A DNA stretch of 64,000 nucleotides from NCBI GenBank assembly GCA_964276015.1, contig CAXYDO010000002.1, positions 162,151 through 226,150 on the forward strand, in the 5' to 3' direction. Made by a program: the position numbers and the translations under genes. Numbering within the stretch: position 1 is the first letter of the stretch; the number at the start of each line of letters is the position of its first letter. Under the pieces are notes generated by a model. That model saw nothing but the letters and a program-made list of their open reading frames with translations. It searched no databases and was not told where the DNA came from. Source of the stretch: an uncultured Alphaproteobacteria bacterium (GTDB lineage Bacteria; Pseudomonadota; Alphaproteobacteria; UBA6615). Below, piece after piece: positions 19,110 to 29,545 of the stretch.

Positions 19110-20348
19110 ATGACGGATATCTACATCGTTGGCATTGGGATGACTGCGCTGGGGAAGTTCCCGGACAAATCGGTCAAGGAACTCACCAACGAGGCGGTTT
19201 CTGCCGCCCTTTCTGATGCATGTGCTGCCATGGGCGATGTTGAGGCCGCGTGGTTCTCCAATACCCGTCAGGGGATGATGGAAGGCCAGAACACCGTGCG
19301 CGGCCAATGTGCGTTGCGCGCCATGGGGTTCGAGTCCATTCCCATCGTGAATGTGGAAAACGCCTGCTGCTCATCCTCCACGGGTCTCAATCAGGCCTAT
19401 GCCTATCTCAAGGCTGGCATGGGGGGCGTGGCGCTGGTCGCAGGCAGCGAGAAAATGTTCTACCCGGAAAAACGCGATCTCATGTTTCAAGCCTTTCGCG
19501 GCGGCTGGGATGTGCACACCCAGGAAGAAACCGAGGCCCGGCTGCTCGCGCTCGGTGAAGGGTTGGAACTACCGCCCGAAGCGCTCGAAGACACCGGTGA
19601 ACACAGCGTCTTTATGGATATTTATGCCTCGCTGGCCCGCCAGCACATGAAGCATTTCGGCACCACCCAGCGCCAGATCGCGGCCGCCGCTGCCAAAAGC
19701 CATTTCCACTCGACCATGAACCCCCTGGCTCAGTACCAGAAGGATTTCAGCGTCGATGATGTGCTCAACGACCGGTTGATTTCATGGCCCCTGACCCGCG
19801 CCATGTGTGCGCCGCTCTCTGACGGAGCCGGAGCGCTTGTGCTCGCCAGTGCGGACGCACTCGATCGCTTTGACAAGTCACGGGCGATAAAGGTCATGGG
19901 CACAGCGCTTGTCAGCGGTTCGGACCGCGACCCGAACGACTTCGACAACCATCTCGGCATGGTCGCCGCCAACCGCGCCTACAATATGGCCGGGGTCTCG
20001 CCCGAAGAAGTGGATGTCGCCGAAGTCCACGACGCGTCCGCCTATGCCGAAATCGTACAGGTCGAAAATATGGGCTTCTGCGCCCGTGGCGAGGGCGGTG
20101 CGCTGGCCGAAAGCGGTGAAACCAAACTCGGCGGGCGTATTCCAGTGAACACGTCCGGTGGGCTGCTATCGAAAGGCCATCCCATTGGGGCCACAGGCGC
20201 CATGCAAATCCACGAGCTGGTCACCCAGCTGCGCGGCGAGGCCGGAAAACGCCAGGTCGAAGGTGCAAAGATCGCCGCAGCCGAAAACGGCGGCGGGTTC
20301 TTCGGGATTGAGGAGGCCGCGACCGTGGTGACGGTGCTCGGTCGCTAG
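19110..20348 (+). CDS. Thiolase-like protein (SCP-x/DitF-type non-condensing thiolase family).
   Basis: 412 aa, with MTDIYIVGIGMTALGKF...NVENACCSSSTGL...GHPIGATG... Confidence 0.9.
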   Translation: MTDIYIVGIGMTALGKFPDKSVKELTNEAVSAALSDACAAMGDVEAAWFSNTRQGMMEGQNTVRGQCALRAMGFESIPIVNVENACCSSSTGLNQAYAYLKAGMGGVALVAGSEKMFYPEKRDLMFQAFRGGWDVHTQEETEARLLALGEGLELPPEALEDTGEHSVFMDIYASLARQHMKHFGTTQRQIAAAAAKSHFHSTMNPLAQYQKDFSVDDVLNDRLISWPLTRAMCAPLSDGAGALVLASADALDRFDKSRAIKVMGTALVSGSDRDPNDFDNHLGMVAANRAYNMAGVSPEEVDVAEVHDASAYAEIVQVENMGFCARGEGGALAESGETKLGGRIPVNTSGGLLSKGHPIGATGAMQIHELVTQLRGEAGKRQVEGAKIAAAENGGGFFGIEEAATVVTVLGR

Positions 20349-20390
20349 ATTTAGCGAGCAACACTCTCGAACCACTGGTATTAGTCATCC

Positions 20391-20603
20391 ATGACCTCCG
20401 ACACCGACCGCATCGCCGATCTTGAAACCCGCCTCGTCCATCAGGAGGCGACGATCGATGAACTCTCGACCGTTGTTGCCGAGCAGGCGAACCTCGTCGA
20501 GTTGTTGCGCGAACAGGTCCGGCGGCTCTCGGGACAAATGGGCGAGCTCGCCGAGGTGGTCAGCGAGAAGACCCCGGACGACCCACCCCCGCCGCACTAC
20601 TAG
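20391..20603 (+). CDS. slyX: SlyX family protein.
   Basis: 70 aa coiled-coil protein ending ...PPPHY, the SlyX signature. Confidence 0.85.
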   Translation: MTSDTDRIADLETRLVHQEATIDELSTVVAEQANLVELLREQVRRLSGQMGELAEVVSEKTPDDPPPPHY

Positions 20604-20608
20604 GACCG

Positions 20609-20866
20609 ATGACGTCCGACGCCCCCTATTTTGTCTACGTGCTGCGCAACGCGGCCGGCACCACCTATACCGGCATCGCGCTGGATGTAGCGGCGCGGCT
20701 TGAGGCCCATAACAGCGGCAATGGCGCAAAGTTTACCTGCGGACGCGGCCCGTGGACGGTCGTCCACACCGAAGGCCCCCTGCCCCATGGCGACGCATTG
20801 CGCCGGGAAATGGCGATCAAGAAGGACCGGAAGTTCAAGGCGATTCTCAAAACAACCTCATGCTGA
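20609..20866 (+). CDS. GIY-YIG nuclease-domain protein (UPF0213-type small excinuclease-like protein).
   Basis: 85 aa, with YFVYVLRNAAGTTYTGIALDVAARLEAHNSG, a GIY...YIG motif. Confidence 0.8.
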   Translation: MTSDAPYFVYVLRNAAGTTYTGIALDVAARLEAHNSGNGAKFTCGRGPWTVVHTEGPLPHGDALRREMAIKKDRKFKAILKTTSC

Positions 20867-20888
20867 TCTTGTCGAAGTATGCGGTTGT

Positions 20889-20936
20889 AGCCCTCGTCCT
20901 TCGTCAGGCTCAGGATGAGGGCTCAGTTGTGTGTTG
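20889..20936 (+). terminator. Candidate intrinsic terminator: an 11-bp stem (AGCCCTCGTCC / GGATGAGGGCT, with one G-U pair) followed by a U-rich tail.
   Basis: Hairpin read directly. The tail CAGUUGUGUGUUG is only moderately U-rich. Confidence 0.35.
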
Positions 20937-21016
20937 ATGGGACATCACGGCCTCGCGCGCGACCTTCGACAAGTTCCCCGCGAGCAACTATTCTGCCCCT
21001 CAAGGGAGAACCCAAC

Positions 21017-21544
21017 ATGCAAGACAAGACCTATCTCAGCACGCTGATCGACTACAACACCTGGGCCAATGAAGTTACCTATTCGGACGTCTCGAAATTG
21101 CCCGCGGAAGAGATCACCAAGAAGCGGGAAACCCCGCTGCAGTCGATCTATGTCAGCCTGCACCATCTGCTCAATGTCGATAACATCTGGCTCGGCCATA
21201 TGCAGGACCAGAGCCACGACTATCAGACCCTGCGCGATGTGAAGTTCGAGGAATTCGATGCGCTCTGGGCCGCCCGCCGGAAGATGGACAAGACCCTGAG
21301 CGACTATGTGGCTTCCCTGAGTACCGATGACCTTTCCGAAATCGTTGATTACGAGCTGATCGGCGGTAATTCAGGGTCCATGTCCCGGGCCATGTGCCTG
21401 ACCCATCTGGTCACCCATGGCAGCTACCACCGGGGCTGGATCTCCGACATGTTCGGACAGACCGATCAGATGCAGCCGAGCGCCGATATCCCGGTATACG
21501 AACGCGCCCTGCGCGAGGCGGGCAAACCGCCAATGCCCGTCTAG
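21017..21544 (+). CDS. DinB/YfiT-like damage-inducible four-helix-bundle family protein.
   Basis: 175 aa from the ATG at 21017 with RBS gggagaa. It contains ...TWANEV...HLLNVDNIWLGH...HLVTHGSYHRG... Confidence 0.75.
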   Translation: MQDKTYLSTLIDYNTWANEVTYSDVSKLPAEEITKKRETPLQSIYVSLHHLLNVDNIWLGHMQDQSHDYQTLRDVKFEEFDALWAARRKMDKTLSDYVASLSTDDLSEIVDYELIGGNSGSMSRAMCLTHLVTHGSYHRGWISDMFGQTDQMQPSADIPVYERALREAGKPPMPV

Positions 21545-21576
21545 GCCACACCAGATACCAACCGAAAGATCATCCC

Positions 21577-22800
21577 ATGCGTTGTGAAGTCGTCGCCGTC
21601 GGCACCGAGCTGTTGCTCGGCCAGATCGTTGATACCAATTCTTCCTGGATCGGCGAGCAGCTCGCCCTGGTCGGGATCGATTCCCATTTCCAGGTAAAGG
21701 TCGGCGACAATGCCGGCCGGATGGAATTCTGCATCCGCCAGGCGCTTGAGCGCAGCGACGCGGTGGTGTGCTGCGGCGGGCTCGGCCCGACCCAGGACGA
21801 CATCACCCGGGACGTGATCGCCCAGATCATGGGGGTCGAGATGGTTCGCGACGACACGATCGCCGACCATATCCGCGATATCTTCGAAGGCCGGGGCCGG
21901 GTGATGCCCGAGAATAACCTGCGTCAGGCCGATGTTCCCGAGGGTGCGAGCACGATCGCACAGATGCCCGGTACCGCGCCGGGGCTGGTCTGCCCCCTGA
22001 CCATCGATGGGGTCGAAAAGGTGATCTACGCCGTGCCTGGCGTGCCCCACGAAATGCGCGAGATGATGCTCGGCACCGTACTCGATGATCTGCGCCAGCG
22101 TGGCGGGGATGCTTCGGTGATCCGCTCCCGGGTCATGCGCACCTGGGGCTACGGCGAATCCGCTATCGCCGAAACCCTGGCCGACCGGGTCGATGCCCTC
22201 GACGAAAGCGGCCACGCGACCATCGCCTTCCAGGCCAGCGGGATCGAGGGCATCAAGGTCCGGATCACCACCAAGGCGCCTGATGAGGCCGCCGCCGAAG
22301 CGATCATCGCCAAAGAGGAAGCTCACATCCGTGAGCTGCTGGGGGACTACATCTTCGGCATTGATGACGAAAGCATGGAGACCGTGGTCCTGGGCCTGCT
22401 CCGGCAGCAGGGCTTAAGCTTCGCTGCGGCGGAAAACCTGACCGGCGGGATCATGTCGACCCGGATGACCGCGCTGGACCCGAAAATGGAAATCTATCGT
22501 GGCGCCACCATCGCCCCCCACGGCACCAATGAGGCTGCGCTTGCGCTCTCCGGTGAAGACCGGGCCGTGGCTGCCGCCATGCACGCCCGGGAAATGATCG
22601 GGACCGATATCGGGATCGCGGCACTGGCGCCCCATGACGACGAAGATCACCCGCCGGGCACCGTCTTCCTGGCGGTTGTGCTACCTGAGCGCGCCGAGGC
22701 CAAGACCGTGGCCATGCCCGGGGTGCTGTCGCGGATGCGCAGCTACGCCGTGATCACGGCACTGGATCTGCTGCGCAAGCGGTTGAGTGAGACCGGCTGA
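21577..22800 (+). CDS. cinA: CinA family protein (competence/damage-inducible protein A). It has the N-terminal MoCF-binding domain and the C-terminal PncC nicotinamide-nucleotide amidohydrolase domain.
   Basis: 407 aa from the ATG at 21577 (MRCEVVAVGTELLLGQIVDTNSSWIGEQL...GGLGPTQDDITRDVIA...). Confidence 0.9.
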   Translation: MRCEVVAVGTELLLGQIVDTNSSWIGEQLALVGIDSHFQVKVGDNAGRMEFCIRQALERSDAVVCCGGLGPTQDDITRDVIAQIMGVEMVRDDTIADHIRDIFEGRGRVMPENNLRQADVPEGASTIAQMPGTAPGLVCPLTIDGVEKVIYAVPGVPHEMREMMLGTVLDDLRQRGGDASVIRSRVMRTWGYGESAIAETLADRVDALDESGHATIAFQASGIEGIKVRITTKAPDEAAAEAIIAKEEAHIRELLGDYIFGIDDESMETVVLGLLRQQGLSFAAAENLTGGIMSTRMTALDPKMEIYRGATIAPHGTNEAALALSGEDRAVAAAMHAREMIGTDIGIAALAPHDDEDHPPGTVFLAVVLPERAEAKTVAMPGVLSRMRSYAVITALDLLRKRLSETG

Positions 22801-22806
22801 GCCGCG

Positions 22807-23787
22807 CTAGTCGGGTTGTACCTGCCCGGGCAATTGCCGGGTAATAATCGCTTCGGCCTGGGTCACGATACGGGTAATGAGTTCACCCGCCGGGGGCAGA
22901 TCGTCGATCAGCCCGGCATCCTGACCGATCAACAGTGAAGCCTCATCCGCATCACCGGCTTTCTGGGCGGCACGCAATGTCGCATTCGCGTCGGCCTGAT
23001 GCTGGCGCAGGGCCCATTCGCGGCCGGACCAGCGGTCGATAAAGCGATTGCGCTTGGCCCGGGCCATCGCCCCCGGCCAGACGCGGGCGCCGATCAGATC
23101 AGGTACTTCGGTCAGCACTGTGTCGTGACCATCGCTGTCGAGAATGACCTGTTTGAAATTGGTGTGCAGCGGTGATTCTTCCGTGGCGAGAAACCGAGTA
23201 CCCAACAGAACGCCTTCCGCGCCCATGACCAGCGCCGAGACCAACCCGCGCCCGTCGACGACCCCACCGGCCGCCAGCACCGGGATCGGCGCTACTGCGT
23301 CCACGATCATCGGCACCAGGACCGAGGCCGCCATCCAGCCCACATGACCGCCGCCTTCGGTACCCTGAGCGACGATCACGTCCGCGCCGGCTTCTGCGGC
23401 CCGTTTTGCCTCGTCCACGCCGCCGGCCATGAACATCACCTTGCAACCCTCTGCGTGGGCGCGCGCGAAGGGCGTGGCCAGATCCTGACCGCCCTCAGGC
23501 CAGGCGAACGCCATCACCGGCGGCGCAGCCTCCAGCGCGGCGGCAAAGCCTGCTTCATTGTTCACAAACATCAGGAAGTTGATGGCGAAGGGCCGATCAG
23601 TCGCCGCGCGTAAGGTGGCAACCACATCGCGGATTTGCCCCGCATCGATATAGCTGCCGCCGAAACCACCCAGCCCACCAGCCTCCGAGACGGCCACAGC
23701 GAGATCAGGCGCGGTAATGGAGGCAAAGCCCCCGAGGACAACCGGGTGCTCAATGCCCAGTACGTGGCAAATACGGGTCCGGATCAT
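22807..23787 (-). CDS. Nitronate monooxygenase (NMO / 2-nitropropane dioxygenase, FabK-like) family protein.
   Basis: 327 aa from the ATG at 23785-23787 (MIRTRICHVLGIEHPVVLGGFASITAPDLAVAVSEAGGLGG...). RBS aggag. The long upstream extension in the track is non-coding. Confidence 0.85.
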   Translation of the reverse strand: MIRTRICHVLGIEHPVVLGGFASITAPDLAVAVSEAGGLGGFGGSYIDAGQIRDVVATLRAATDRPFAINFLMFVNNEAGFAAALEAAPPVMAFAWPEGGQDLATPFARAHAEGCKVMFMAGGVDEAKRAAEAGADVIVAQGTEGGGHVGWMAASVLVPMIVDAVAPIPVLAAGGVVDGRGLVSALVMGAEGVLLGTRFLATEESPLHTNFKQVILDSDGHDTVLTEVPDLIGARVWPGAMARAKRNRFIDRWSGREWALRQHQADANATLRAAQKAGDADEASLLIGQDAGLIDDLPPAGELITRIVTQAEAIITRQLPGQVQPD

Positions 23788-23958
23788 CTTCATCACTCCT
23801 GTGGCGCGTAAATCGTCTTGAATTCCGACTCTCGGTGATTGGCACGGCGCTGGCAATCCGTGCCCCTGCAAATCCGTGCGGTCAGCCCCTGAAATTCTGC
23901 ACGGCTTGGGGCATCCGAGCACTGGTGAGCATCGGGGCCCGCCGCGTATGGTGCCCCC

Positions 23959-24915
23959 ATGTCCGACGCGCCTGTTCCTTCTTCCACTCCCCTGCCAAAA
24001 CGGCTGAGCGCTGATGCGCCCAACAGCGCTTTGCCCTATGGCATGATCGTCGTTGCCTCGATCATCCTTGCGTCCAACCATATCGTCGCCCGGCATTTGA
24101 ACGGCGTGGTGCCGCCCATGGGGCTCGTGTTCTGGCGTATGGCCATCGGGGCCATTGTGCTGTTGCCGTTTGCCGCGCCCGGCCTCTATGCCAACCGCGC
24201 CCTGATCCTGAAACACTGGAAGCTGTTCGTGCTTCTCGGAGTGCTATTCGTGCCCCTGGCCAACGGCATCATCTACGTCGCATATAACTTCACCACCGCC
24301 CTGAATGGTGGCGTGGTTTCCGCCTCACAGCCCGCTCTGACCGTGATCCTGTCATGGCTTCTGTTCCGAGATCTGATCAACTGGAAACAGGGGGTCGGCA
24401 TTCTGGTCGCAGCAGCGGGAGTTTTTGCCATCCTCACCCGGGGTGACCCCGCAGCCTTGCTCCATTTGCAGTTCAATATTGGCGATCTGATGATGATTAT
24501 CGCGACGCTTTTCATCGCCATGCACAACGTACTGTTGCGTCTGGTTCCCGCAGCAATCCGCATCCTGCCGCTGCTTGTGGTGATCCAGCTAACCGGTCTG
24601 GTTGTCGCGGCCCCGTTCTATATCGCCGAGACCATTTTCTATCGCCCGGTCCCGGTAACTCCCGAAACTATTGCCGCGATGCTCTGGGTCGGGGTCGCGG
24701 TTACCGTCCTCGCCGTCGGCCTGACCAACACCGCAGTCCGCATCATTGGGGCCAACAAGGCGAGCATGGGAAATTATCTGCGCGCCGGCTTCACCGCGAT
24801 CCTCGCCATTCTTGTGCTGGGTGAGCAATTTCAGACCTTCCACGCGGTCGGGCTGGTCCTAGTAATCGGTGGCGTCTTCCTCATGACCCGCAGCCATCGC
24901 CGGAAAGCTGCATAA
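23959..24915 (+). CDS. DMT-superfamily (EamA/RhaT-type) transporter.
   Basis: 318 aa, multi-TM. Tandem paralogue of 24925..25866, with a shared ...LNGVVPPMG(L/M)VFWRM...NGGVVSASQPA... core. Confidence 0.85.
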   Translation: MSDAPVPSSTPLPKRLSADAPNSALPYGMIVVASIILASNHIVARHLNGVVPPMGLVFWRMAIGAIVLLPFAAPGLYANRALILKHWKLFVLLGVLFVPLANGIIYVAYNFTTALNGGVVSASQPALTVILSWLLFRDLINWKQGVGILVAAAGVFAILTRGDPAALLHLQFNIGDLMMIIATLFIAMHNVLLRLVPAAIRILPLLVVIQLTGLVVAAPFYIAETIFYRPVPVTPETIAAMLWVGVAVTVLAVGLTNTAVRIIGANKASMGNYLRAGFTAILAILVLGEQFQTFHAVGLVLVIGGVFLMTRSHRRKAA

Positions 24916-24924
24916 GGTGTCCTC

Positions 24925-25866
24925 ATGACCGATCAAAGCTCAGCGACGCGGGCCGGCACCGACACCAACAGCTCAAATGCCCTGCCCTATTTGTTGATAA
25001 TCGCGGCGGCACTGATCATCGCCTCAAATCACGTGCTCGCGCGCTATTTGAACGGCGTTGTCCCGCCGATGGGCATGGTGTTCTGGCGCATGGTCGTCGG
25101 GGCCCTCTTCCTGCTGCCGATCACCGGATATGGCCTGATCGCCAACCGGCACTTGATCCTCCGGCACTGGAAGCTGTTCACGGTGATGGGCATCCTTTTT
25201 GTGCCCCTGGGCAACGGCCTAATCTACACCGCCTATCTTTTCACCACCGCAATCAACGGCGGCGTTGTGTCCGCGTCCCAGCCCGCAATTACTGCGCTCC
25301 TGACCTGGTTGATGTTCCGCGACGCGATCAACTGGAAACAGGGGATCGGCATCGTGATCGCCGGGATCGGCGTGCTGGTGATTATCACCCGGGGGGATCC
25401 GCTGGCAGTCCTGAGCATGCGAATGAATATTGGCGACCTGATCATGCTTGCCGCCATCACCTTTGCCGCGCTTTACAATGTGCTAATCCGCAAAGTACCC
25501 GAGCAAATTCCGGTGCCACAATTGATGGTCGTGGTGCTGGTTACCGGCGCGGTGATCACCCTGCCGCTTTACATCATCGAAACGATCTATTTGCGCCCGG
25601 TACCGATCAACCTGCTCACGGTGGGCTCGATCCTCTGGGTCGGGATTGCCGTCACGGCTATCGCGGTCGCCCTGATGAGCGTCGCGATCCGCCAGATCGG
25701 GGCGAACAAGGCGAGCATGTCGAATTACATGCGCGCGCTTTTTACCGCCCTGCTCGCGGTTGTGCTGCTGGGTGAGGAATTCCAGACCTTCCACCTGATC
25801 GCCATGGCCCTGGTGATCGGCGGGGTCTATCTGATGACCAGGGGCCGCCGCGCGACCCCGCGCTGA
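24925..25866 (+). CDS. DMT-superfamily transporter, tandem paralogue.
   Basis: 313 aa, collinear by eye (~55-60% identity) with the upstream gene. 9-nt intergenic gap. Confidence 0.85.
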   Translation: MTDQSSATRAGTDTNSSNALPYLLIIAAALIIASNHVLARYLNGVVPPMGMVFWRMVVGALFLLPITGYGLIANRHLILRHWKLFTVMGILFVPLGNGLIYTAYLFTTAINGGVVSASQPAITALLTWLMFRDAINWKQGIGIVIAGIGVLVIITRGDPLAVLSMRMNIGDLIMLAAITFAALYNVLIRKVPEQIPVPQLMVVVLVTGAVITLPLYIIETIYLRPVPINLLTVGSILWVGIAVTAIAVALMSVAIRQIGANKASMSNYMRALFTALLAVVLLGEEFQTFHLIAMALVIGGVYLMTRGRRATPR

Positions 25867-25873
25867 AGTCGCC

Positions 25874-26194
25874 CTACTGCAAGGGTGAGAACGACACCGG
25901 CTTCAGAATTTTGGTTTCCATCTTCACGATGAGGTCGGATTCCTTCAGTGCCTTCACATATTCCAGCCAGCCCGCATCTTCATACATGGCCGTGCGGCGG
26001 CTTTCCCGGTCGCCCTGGTTGTCGTAGCGCCACATATGCACGACCTGGCTCAGATCGCCCACATCACAGGTAAACATGCCGACAAACCCGCCGAGATATT
26101 GCAACTGATATGGCAGCGCCATGCGCTCCCAAAGCGCCAGGAAATCACCAGTATGGGCTGGCTTTGTCGTGTAGGTACGGTGGTCAATAATCAT
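25874..26194 (-). CDS. NIPSNAP family protein.
   Basis: 106 aa, typical small dimeric alpha+beta barrel (MIIDHRTYTTKP...VHMWRYDNQGDRE...). Confidence 0.7.
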   Translation of the reverse strand: MIIDHRTYTTKPAHTGDFLALWERMALPYQLQYLGGFVGMFTCDVGDLSQVVHMWRYDNQGDRESRRTAMYEDAGWLEYVKALKESDLIVKMETKILKPVSFSPLQ

Positions 26195-26206
26195 CGGTGA
26201 TTTCCT

Positions 26207-27205
26207 TCAGCGTAGGTTTTTCTCAAAATACGCGACGATGTCGCGGTTCCAGTTCTTCAAAAAAGTTTCTCGGTCGAACCCCTTTGGATCGCGCAGGAAC
26301 GCAGGCATTGCCCATGTTATCGCTTTCGGCAGCGGGGTCGTAAACGAGACATGGCCCGCCACCTCAACCCGGACATATTCGATGCCCGGTGAAAAATGAG
26401 CGCGGAAACGCTCTGCGTGCTGATCAGGATGAACAATGCCGTCCTGTCCGGCGACGTAGAACCGCAGCGGCACGGCAATCGATGCAAATGCATCATCGGC
26501 AAACAATGCCGTGGCCGGGGCGATGGCAACCGCCGCGCGAATGCGTGGATCAGCCAGCCCTGTCAGGCTCTTCTCCTGCTCCCCCGCAGAAGGTCGTGCA
26601 GCGCCCAGCGCACAATAAGCGTCGTGTGCATTGTCCTCACAAAAGGCGGCCAGTGCTTTGAGGTTTGGAACGCCGCCGACCAGGGCCAGCACCGTGTACC
26701 CCCCCATCGATAACCCCAGCGCGCCGGTCGGTTTTTCGGTCAGGATTTCGGCAAAACGCGGATCGGCGCGGACTGTATCGACAACCGCCGACATCGTCCT
26801 CGGGCGCCCGGCAAAGACCTGCCAGGTGCCACGGTCAAAAGCGTTACCGAAATTGTCACCGGGATGCCGGGGCGCGGCCACCACGAACCCCGCTTCCACC
26901 AAGGCCGTCGCCGTATCGATATGGGCGAGCGAGCTTCCGCCCGAACCATGGGAAACAACGATCAGGCCGCGCGCCGTGCCATTTGGTACAGCACCGGGGG
27001 CGGCTCGAAAGCTGTAGGGTCCGAGCTCCATGGATTTGGCGGGCGCATCACTCGGATACCAGACTGTCGTCGGTGCCGGTTTTCCCGATACCGGGTCGGT
27101 GACCATGACCCGGCCAATGCCCACATCGCCGCGAGATTCACTGATCCACATCGACACGCCGATGGCGATGGCGACAAAAACGACTAATCGAAGTAGGCGA
27201 AACAT
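26207..27205 (-). CDS. Alpha/beta hydrolase (dienelactone hydrolase / PAF-acetylhydrolase-like) with an N-terminal signal/TM segment.
   Basis: 332 aa. Hydrophobic N-terminus (MFRLLRLVVFVAIAIGVSMW), the GLSMGG nucleophile elbow, and a later HVS catalytic His region. Confidence 0.8.
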   Translation of the reverse strand: MFRLLRLVVFVAIAIGVSMWISESRGDVGIGRVMVTDPVSGKPAPTTVWYPSDAPAKSMELGPYSFRAAPGAVPNGTARGLIVVSHGSGGSSLAHIDTATALVEAGFVVAAPRHPGDNFGNAFDRGTWQVFAGRPRTMSAVVDTVRADPRFAEILTEKPTGALGLSMGGYTVLALVGGVPNLKALAAFCEDNAHDAYCALGAARPSAGEQEKSLTGLADPRIRAAVAIAPATALFADDAFASIAVPLRFYVAGQDGIVHPDQHAERFRAHFSPGIEYVRVEVAGHVSFTTPLPKAITWAMPAFLRDPKGFDRETFLKNWNRDIVAYFEKNLR

Positions 27206-27229
27206 GGAGAGCTGACCGACGGAAACGCC

Positions 27230-28006
27230 CTATTGGGCGTAAGACGGGTCGATCCGGTCGAGGCGTCGGAGCGAGGCAGGCCAATCGGAGCCGCCGCGGC
27301 CGGCGTTGTGGGATTTACGCTGTTCCACATAGCGGTCCAGCACCTCCGTCGATGGCATCACAGGATCCAGACCGGCAGCCTGTTGCTGGAGCTGCAGTTT
27401 GCAGGCGGTCTCAAGATCACGCATCAGAATGAAGGCGTCACGCATCGTCTTACCAACCGTTACAGGCCCGTGGTTGCGCATCAGCAGCGTGTGTTTGTCA
27501 CCCAGCGCGGCGGCGATCTCCGCGCGTTCGCTCAAATTCTCCGTGATGCCCTGATAGTCGTGATAGCCCACATTGTTCCAGAACTGCATGCTGGTCTGGG
27601 ACAGCGGCAACACCCCGTCGGGCTGGTTCGCAACCGCGATGCACTCGGGGATATGCGTATGGACGGCCGCGTTGATATCCGGGCGCGCCTGCATCAGGCC
27701 ACCATGCAGGGTGAAACCCGGCTTGTTCACATGAAAGCTCTCATCAACGTCGTCGTTGCGGGCATCCACCTTCACCAGATTGGACGCGGTGACCTCGTCG
27801 TAAAGCAGCTCATGGGCCTTGATCAGGAAGAAATCCGGTTCGCCGGGCACTCGGATCGAGACATGGTTGTAGATCGAATCTGCCCATTTATAGAGGTGGA
27901 CCAGACGATAGGCCGCGGCCAGATCAACCCGCACCTGCCATTCCTCAGAACTGACGCTATCGCGTATCGAGGGTACATCACGTAGCTGAACGACATTGGA
28001 GGTCAT
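27230..28006 (-). CDS. Class II aldolase/adducin family protein.
   Basis: 258 aa, with ...HTHIPECIAV...RNHGPVTVGKTMRDAF... Confidence 0.85.
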   Translation of the reverse strand: MTSNVVQLRDVPSIRDSVSSEEWQVRVDLAAAYRLVHLYKWADSIYNHVSIRVPGEPDFFLIKAHELLYDEVTASNLVKVDARNDDVDESFHVNKPGFTLHGGLMQARPDINAAVHTHIPECIAVANQPDGVLPLSQTSMQFWNNVGYHDYQGITENLSERAEIAAALGDKHTLLMRNHGPVTVGKTMRDAFILMRDLETACKLQLQQQAAGLDPVMPSTEVLDRYVEQRKSHNAGRGGSDWPASLRRLDRIDPSYAQ

Positions 28007-28144
28007 CTTGGCTCTCTTTCCTGGCGCTCCCGAAGGCCCCTTCGAGACGCGCGCTGCGCGCGCTCCTCAGGGTGAGGAGACGACTACTAATGGGACCTCA
28101 TGCTGAGGAGGCGTAAAGCGCCGTCTCGAAGCATGCTGATACCC

Positions 28145-29545
28145 TCATACGCGAATGATCTTGCCCGGGTTCATGATGTTATCCGGATCGAAGGCCAGTT
28201 TCAGGGTGCGCATCAAACTGACCGCCTCGCCGTGTTCGGCAACGAGGAAGTCCATCTTGCCCGCGCCAACACCGTGTTCACCGGTGCACGTGCCCCCCAA
28301 CGCAATCGCGCGGTGGACCAGCCGCTCGGTGCATTCCTTGACCCGCGTGAGCTCATCCTTGTCATCGGGATCGAGCAAAAACACGCAATGGAAATTGCCG
28401 TCCCCGGCATGTCCCACGATGGGCACTTCGAAGCCAGATGCGCGGGTATCTTGCTCTGTTGCCAGCAAACATTCGGCCAGGCGTGAAATCGGCACACACA
28501 CATCCGTCGACAAGGCCTGCTTGCCCGGTGCCTTGGCCAGGGCTGCGTAAAGCGCGTCATGGCGCGCCTGCCAAAGATGGTTGCGTTCTTCCTGATTGGC
28601 CGTCCAGCGGAAGGCCGAGCCGCCGAAATCATCGGCGATCTCGCGCACCGTGTTGGCCTGCTCCTCGACACTCGCTTCGGTGCCGTGGAACTCATAAAAC
28701 AACGTCGGTTTAACCTCGTAGCCCTGCAGATCTGCGAAATCTATGGTCCAGTCCATCATCAGCGCATCGAGGATCTCGATCCGGGCCACAGGCACACCGG
28801 CCTGCATGGTCATGATGACGCTGTCGACAGCTTCCTGGAGCGAGGGATACTGGCAAACTGCCGAGGCCATCTTCTCGGGAATGCCGTAAAGCTTGAGCTG
28901 AATTTCGGTGATCACCCCCAGCGTACCTTCCGAACCCACAAACAGGCGCGTGAGGTCATATCCCGCAGACGATTTCTTCGCCCGCCCGCCGGTCTTCACG
29001 ACCCGACCATCCGACGTAACCACCGTGAGACCGAGGACGTTTTCCTTCATGGTGCCGTAGCGCACCGCGTTCGTGCCGCTGGCTCGGGTGGCCGTCATCC
29101 CACCAAGGGAGGCATCTGCGCCCGGATCGATCGGAAAGAACGTGCCCGTGTCGCGCAGATATTCATTGAGCTGCTTGCGGGTCACGCCGGCCTGCACCCG
29201 GCAATCAAGGTCCTCGGGATTGACCTCGAGCACCTCGTTCATCTGGCTCATATCGACGGTGACGCCCCCATGGGGCGCGGTGACATGGCCTTCGAGAGAG
29301 GTCCCGGTCCCGAACGGGATAACCGGGGTATGGCTGGCCGCACAAATCTTGACGATCTCGGCGACTTCCTCGGTCGAATGGGGAAAACACACCGCATCGG
29401 AGGGAACCGGTTTGAAATAATCCTCGCCGCGCCCGTGATGCTCGCGCACCGACATGGACGTGGTGATCCGGTCACCAAGCAAAGCCTGAAGCGCCTCAAG
29501 CACCGGTGAACCGGCGTCTGCGCGCACGTAAGCCTGATCCGTCAT
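28145..29545 (-). CDS. FAD-binding oxidoreductase (GlcD / D-lactate dehydrogenase (cytochrome) / D-2-hydroxyacid dehydrogenase family).
   Basis: 466 aa. FAD-binding PCMH domain (...PFGTGTSLEGH...) and the C-terminal ...GGTCTGEHGVGAGKMDFL... motif. Confidence 0.9.
   Translation of the reverse strand: MTDQAYVRADAGSPVLEALQALLGDRITTSMSVREHHGRGEDYFKPVPSDAVCFPHSTEEVAEIVKICAASHTPVIPFGTGTSLEGHVTAPHGGVTVDMSQMNEVLEVNPEDLDCRVQAGVTRKQLNEYLRDTGTFFPIDPGADASLGGMTATRASGTNAVRYGTMKENVLGLTVVTSDGRVVKTGGRAKKSSAGYDLTRLFVGSEGTLGVITEIQLKLYGIPEKMASAVCQYPSLQEAVDSVIMTMQAGVPVARIEILDALMMDWTIDFADLQGYEVKPTLFYEFHGTEASVEEQANTVREIADDFGGSAFRWTANQEERNHLWQARHDALYAALAKAPGKQALSTDVCVPISRLAECLLATEQDTRASGFEVPIVGHAGDGNFHCVFLLDPDDKDELTRVKECTERLVHRAIALGGTCTGEHGVGAGKMDFLVAEHGEAVSLMRTLKLAFDPDNIMNPGKIIRV

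Noticed and set aside
21541-22326. Minus-strand 261-aa ORF inside cinA, and a 469-aa upstream extension of the NMO ORF (to 24216).
   Set aside because: The first is antisense to a clear CinA reading frame. The NMO extension is Arg/Gly/His-rich junk upstream of a good RBS plus ATG at 23787 and runs into the promoter of the divergent DMT gene.
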